Assembly (NCBI GenBank): GCA_001600695.1
Contig: BCKQ01000021.1
Span: 170,308 to 190,581 of the forward strand
Source of the DNA: Ascoidea asiatica JCM 7603
Lineage: Eukaryota > Fungi > Ascomycota
Direction of reading: 5' to 3'
Length of the DNA stretch: 20,274 nt
The notes beneath the pieces are model-generated. The model was not told the origin of the DNA, did no database searches, and saw only the letters and a list, made by a program, of their open reading frames with translations. Shown here piece by piece: positions 17,220-20,274 of the stretch (position 1 is the first letter of the stretch; every line of letters starts with the position of its first letter). Made by a program: the position numbers and the translations under genes.

Positions 17220-17840
17220 GTCTCTCAACACTTTTCCTCCAGTGTTCTTATGCTGTTCCTATATTTTAAACCTTCTTCTACCCCTTCTCATTATCTATCT
17301 ATTTATCTATCTATTTATCTATATCTACCTACTTACTCTTCACTGTCTTGTCTTTCATTGTCTCTGACTGTTTCACTTCTGCATTGCTCTTCGATGCTCT
17401 TTTTCTCTTTGTTTGCTGTTTGTTTGCAATTTGCTTACTCCTCGCCGGGTAACGCCTGCTTAGCGCCCACTCTTCCTCTTTTACGACTGTTCCCGAATTC
17501 GATGGTCGTAAACTCATAAAAAAACACCTTCTTTTCAAATCATCTCATTTTATTCTTTTATTCTCTTTTATTCTTCTTATTCTTTTTATATTCCTTTTAT
17601 ATATTCTTTTTATATATTCGTTTATTTATTTATTTATTTATTAATATACTTCTTTACTTATTATAAATCAAGATTAATCAGATATTCTTTCAAATAATAT
17701 CAATTGCTTTTTTCATCTTTCTTTAATATATATTCTATCACTACTACTTCAACTCTTTCAATTTCATTTACTTCAATTTATATCTCAATTTATAAATATA
17801 TCTTAATAAATATATCAAAATATTATTATATAATCAAATA

Positions 17841-18542
17841 ATGGACAATATTAACTATGATAATGATAATGATAATGATCAAAATAAAATTCATTCAGTT
17901 CCTTTAATTGCAACTGATTCTATTCAAACTTTAACTACTCCAACTTTATATTCAATATTTAATAAATCAAAAAATATTAATGATAATGATAATGATAATG
18001 ATAATGAAAATGATAATGAAAATGACTTTAATATTGAAAATGACAATGAAAATGATAATGACAACGAAATTGAAAATGAAAATATTATAAATTTAAATAA
18101 AAAAAAACTTAATTTAAATTCAAATTCAAATTTAAATCTTTTAAATGATGATTATTTAGAAGATGATATAATTTTAAAAAGAAAAGAAATTAAATTAAAA
18201 AAAAATAAATTTATAGAAATTTTAAAAATTTTTATAAAATTTTTTATACTCTCTTTATTTGGTCAATTTTTTATCTTATTAAGTCAAAATATTCATGATA
18301 ATAATTTATTAATTACAAATAAATTAACTTATAAACCATTTTTAATTTTTTCAAAATTTTTTAAAAAATTACCTTTTATTAAAAATAATTTCCCAATTTA
18401 TATTCTAAATTCTTTTGAAGGTATTATCTTAGGTTTAAATCAACCAATTTGGGATTATTTTTTCCCTAATTTTTTTAATCAATCTATTTTTGATTTAATT
18501 TTTACAAAAAATAATAATAATAATAATAACAAAATTAATAAC

Positions 18543-18595
<53 letters not shown>

Positions 18596-19013
18596 GAAAA
18601 AATTTATATATACAAGTACTTCTTCAATTATAAAATCTTCAACTGCTTTATTAGGTATATCATTTGCCTTAAGAAAATTAACTTGGGAATCTTCTTTACA
18701 ATCTTCAGTTGCTTGGTCTTTAGTAAATTTATGTATTTGGTTATTATTAGATTCAACTTTATCTGGCTTAATTTCTTCTTCTACAATTTCAATCTTAACT
18801 ACCATTTTTGTATTTGTCTTTGATCCTGATTTACATAATTCAATTTCAAATTTAAATTTAAATTTAAATTTATCTTCAAATTTGACTTCAATTTCAAATA
18901 TTGAATTTTTAAATATTTTAGCTATAGCTTTATGGATTGGTAGTTTTTTCTTTTGTGGTTTAATTGTATTTGGTAAAATTGGTAGATTTTTATTTGAAAA
19001 TAATTATGATTAA
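17841..19013 (+). CDS. INSIG-family ER membrane protein (Nsg1/Nsg2-like regulator of HMG-CoA reductase), 390 aa
   Basis: LTTPTLYSIF N-terminal motif; ALLGISFALRKLTWESSLQSSVAWSLVNLCIWLLLDST and LWIGSFFFCGLIVFGKIGRFLF are typical of fungal INSIG. Several hydrophobic helices. NSG1 and NSG2 cannot be told apart. Confidence 0.9.
18510..18590 (+). repeat. (AAT)n coding microsatellite, poly-Asn loop in the INSIG protein
   Basis: Direct reading. Confidence 0.9.
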
Positions 19014-19518
19014 TTATTTTTAAATACTTTATATCTAAAATAATCATCTATATATTCTATATCGTAATATAAATAACTCTATCATTTTTATTTTCACTTT
19101 CATTTCCAATTTCCAATTTCCAATTTTAATCTGTCTTAAAATAGCAAAAAAAAAAATAATTCATAGATTAATACTTACGATAATGACTTGAAATTCTATC
19201 TCTAGCATTCAAAATTTTATTATTTTTATTATAAGCATTGATTTTTCGAATTTTTTTTTTTTTATTTTTCTAACGAATTGAAATTGTTCTAAATAGTGCA
19301 TAACTATGCACTGGCATTATAATATGCATGTTTTAACATAAAATAGAACTTACAATACTATTTACTCAATTTTAAAAATTAACTGAAATAATTTGAAAAA
19401 AAGCTTATATTATACATATATTTAAATTCAAATATAGTACATTTAAGAAATATAAATAAATAAAGTAATTTAACTTATAACTGGCTAAGAAAGATGGTTG
19501 AGAAAAAAAATATTATGA

Positions 19519-20019
19519 AAATTCAGTAAAAAAAAATTGTTCAATACTTTTGCTGATGATACTTTTGAAAAAAATATTTTAGCTTTAAATTCTCCTATAA
19601 ATTTATCTTCTTCTTCTTCAAATTCAACTTCTATTAATACTCCAATTTCAACAACTTCAACTACATTTCCTTTTTTAATACCTAATTCAAAAATTTATAA
19701 TAATTTCTCAAATAATTCAAATAATCTAAATACTTCAAATAATTCAAAATTATCTAAATTTTCTAAATTATCTAAAACTACTAAAAGTAATAAACCCACT
19801 AAAGACTCTAAAGACCATAAAGACCATAAAGAATCTAAGGACTCTAATATTCATAGTAATAATAATGATAAATTGAAAAATTCAATACTGATAAGTAATG
19901 ATAATTATTATAATCATGAAACTGATGATGATGAAAACTTTGGTTATAATGATAATTTATATTCTGATGATGTTTTTGTTTCCGATGATGACGATTATGA
20001 TAATGATGATTTTTATTAA
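19519..20019 (+). CDS. Putative low-complexity protein with acidic C-terminus and no in-frame ATG (frameshifted, spliced or pseudogene)
   Basis: Frame is open from 19519 (after TGA at 19516) to TAA at 20017-20019. Composition and codon style resemble neighbouring genes (poly-Ser, SKL/KDH repeats, Asp-rich tail). The ATG at 19515 is one base out of frame. Confidence 0.45.
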   Translation, partial: KFSKKKLFNTFADDTFEKNILALNSPINLSSSSSNSTSINTPISTTSTTFPFLIPNSKIYNNFSNNSNNLNTSNNSKLSKFSKLSKTTKSNKPTKDSKDHKDHKESKDSNIHSNNNDKLKNSILISNDNYYNHETDDDENFGYNDNLYSDDVFVSDDDDYDNDDFY

Positions 20020-20048
20020 AAATTTATAGGATTCTTTTATTGTTTTAT

Positions 20049-20274
20049 TTATTTCTTTTTTAATGTTTTTTCTCTTTTAAATAATTCTTCTTTTAATTTT
20101 TTTAAAATTTTTAAACTTATATTATTATTAAATTTTGGTATTGAACCACCTAAATATTCAATTCCTTTATTATTTAATAATAAAACTCCTCTTAATATTA
20201 AACAATTTGAAATTATAATTTTACATCCAATTGATATTGGTAATGGACTATTACTTGATTTATTTAATTTATTT
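20049..20274 (-). CDS. RMI1: 3' end (74 aa) of RecQ-mediated genome instability protein 1 (OB-fold subunit of Sgs1-Top3-Rmi1)
   Basis: Not in the ORF track. Minus-strand frame reads NKLNKSSNSPLPISIGCKIIISNCLILRGVLLLNNKGIEYLGGSIPKFN...KKK*, stop at 20051-20049. G-x-K-hhh...RGVLLL...LGG-x-I is the end of the Rmi1 OB-fold. Confidence 0.8.
   Translation of the reverse strand, partial: NKLNKSSNSPLPISIGCKIIISNCLILRGVLLLNNKGIEYLGGSIPKFNNNISLKILKKLKEELFKREKTLKKK

Noticed and set aside
16397-18805. Antisense poly-Leu ORFs (16397-16669, 18479-18805) and other nested ORFs
   Set aside because: Reverse-strand or alternative-frame shadows of AAT repeats in real genes.
5324-19013. Functional iron/heme/sterol gene cluster (CYB2, DPH6, AFT, NSG)
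   Set aside because: Conserved housekeeping genes with no shared pathway; adjacency is adequately explained by ordinary gene order.
1-20274. Alternative CUG genetic code inferred from scarce CTG codons
   Set aside because: Scarcity is expected at this AT content, and I found no CTG at a diagnostic conserved position. The question cannot be decided from this window.

Overview
Extremely AT-rich eukaryotic DNA with the gene content and intron signals of a budding yeast (Saccharomycotina). I cannot identify the species from sequence alone. Genes in order: 5' part of a probable TFA2 (TFIIE-beta, minus strand, runs off the left edge); SYF2 splicing factor with a 3'-proximal intron that the ORF track misses; a large mitochondrial SOV1-like helical-repeat protein; CYB2 (flavocytochrome b2); DPH6; an AFT-domain transcription factor; a small orphan tail-anchored protein; an endosulfine (Igo1/2-like) protein; an INSIG-family NSG1/2 protein; an ATG-less low-complexity ORF; and the 3' end of RMI1 (minus strand, runs off the right edge). 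Promoters appear as GC-richer islands with short stuttered repeats and E-boxes. I see no mobile element, RNA gene, CRISPR array or biosynthetic/defence cluster. The most interesting signals are: (1) an endosulfine whose FDSGDY phospho-switch has become IDNSDY; (2) an orphan tail-anchored protein laid out like a selective-autophagy receptor; (3) an Aft factor without the CDC Fe-S motif; (4) a 12-bp composite element shared by the promoters of those two adjacent genes; (5) the late intron in SYF2. All family calls come from recalled motifs, not database searches.
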